Source of the DNA: an uncultured Gemmatimonadales bacterium
GTDB lineage: Bacteria > Gemmatimonadota > Gemmatimonadetes > Gemmatimonadales > GWC2-71-9
Assembly (NCBI GenBank): GCA_963728915.1
Contig: CAVSLV010000001.1
Coordinates: 1,024,001 to 1,088,000 of the forward strand
Reading direction: 5' to 3'
Length of the DNA stretch: 64,000 nt
Both the position numbers and the translations under genes were made by a program. Shown here in pieces: positions 63,327-64,000 of the stretch (its first letter is position 1; every line of letters starts with the position of its first letter). The notes beneath the pieces are model-generated. The model searched no databases, had not been told where the DNA came from, and saw only the letters and a program-made list of their open reading frames with translations.

Positions 63327-64000
63327 TGCAGCACCGATCCCAGGGTCGTGGCAAACCCCGGGAAGCTGACCTCGGCGCACCCGGGATCATCCACCCGCAC
63401 GTGCGCCCCTTCGACCAGGCCCAGGACGGCAAAGGCCATCGCGAGCCGATGATCGCCGGCGGTGCGCACCGGTCCTCCCGGCGGGGTTCTCCTGCCCTGG
63501 ACCATCAGGGTATTCCCTTCCACCACCGCGGATGCGCCGACCGCTCGAAGGTTTTCGGCCAGCAGGCCGAGTCGATCGCTTTCCTTGACTCTGAGCTCCC
63601 CGACTTCGTGAAAGGACGTCGTCCCGGACGCCCGGGAGGCGAGCACGGCGAGCAGCGGAATCTCGTCGATCAGCGACGGGATCTCGGCCGCGGTTACCGT
63701 GGTTCCGACCAGGGGACCCGGGCGCACCACCAGATCGCCCACCGGCTCCCCCATCCGATCCGCCCCGGGGTGGATGGTGATGCGAGCTCCCATCCGCTCG
63801 AGGACCGCCAGGAAGCCGGTGCGGGTCGGATTGAGCCCTACCCCGGTGATCGCGAGAACCCCACCGGTCGACAGCAGGGCAGCACCCACCAGGAACGCCG
63901 CAGAGGAGACGTCCCCCGGGACTTCGAGGTCGAACGGAGCGAGGGTCCCGGTGGGACGGAACCTGAGCCACTCGTCGTGCCCGAGGCTGACCGTGTAGCC
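63323..64000 (-). CDS. aroA: EPSP synthase (5' part outside window)
   Basis: VPGDVSSAAF, NPTRTG, IDEIP, ELRVKESDR, GDHRLAM, VSFPGF. Confidence 0.95.
   Translation of the reverse strand, partial: GYTVSLGHDEWLRFRPTGTLAPFDLEVPGDVSSAAFLVGAALLSTGGVLAITGVGLNPTRTGFLAVLERMGARITIHPGADRMGEPVGDLVVRPGPLVGTTVTAAEIPSLIDEIPLLAVLASRASGTTSFHEVGELRVKESDRLGLLAENLRAVGASAVVEGNTLMVQGRRTPPGGPVRTAGDHRLAMAFAVLGLVEGAHVRVDDPGCAEVSFPGFATTLGSVLQ

Overview
High-GC bacterial chromosomal window that is almost entirely coding. Gene order and protein style suggest Gemmatimonadota, but that is inference, not a search result. Left: a de novo purine operon (purB-purC-psd-pssA-purS-purQ-zinc ribbon-purL-purF-ppdK) in which purL is broken by a one-base frameshift. 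It is followed by a GAF-GGDEF-EAL gene, purE, an orphan nucleotidyltransferase, tmRNA (tag ANSDLALAA), dusB and a lone PTS IIA. Middle: a long minus-strand housekeeping run (rplM-rpsI-rpsB-tsf-pyrH-frr-uppS-cdsA-dxr-rseP-DGC, rpsO-pnp-M16-ald-dut, mreBCD-mrdA-rodA, accD-folC-hisS-proS-lysA-guaA). Right: acyl-CoA carboxylase genes flanking a ~10.5 kb purine-catabolism block, then rpsA-cmk-aroA. The block contains a deaminase, xanthine dehydrogenase, PuuD, UraH, UraD, allantoinase and allantoicase but no ureidoglycolate lyase. It instead carries an uncharacterised CitE/malyl-CoA-lyase-like enzyme and a divergent PanE-like reductase, which are the best candidates for new biochemistry. No CRISPR array, transposase, integrase, rRNA or tRNA gene was seen. 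All calls come from reading motifs by eye; no database searches were run.
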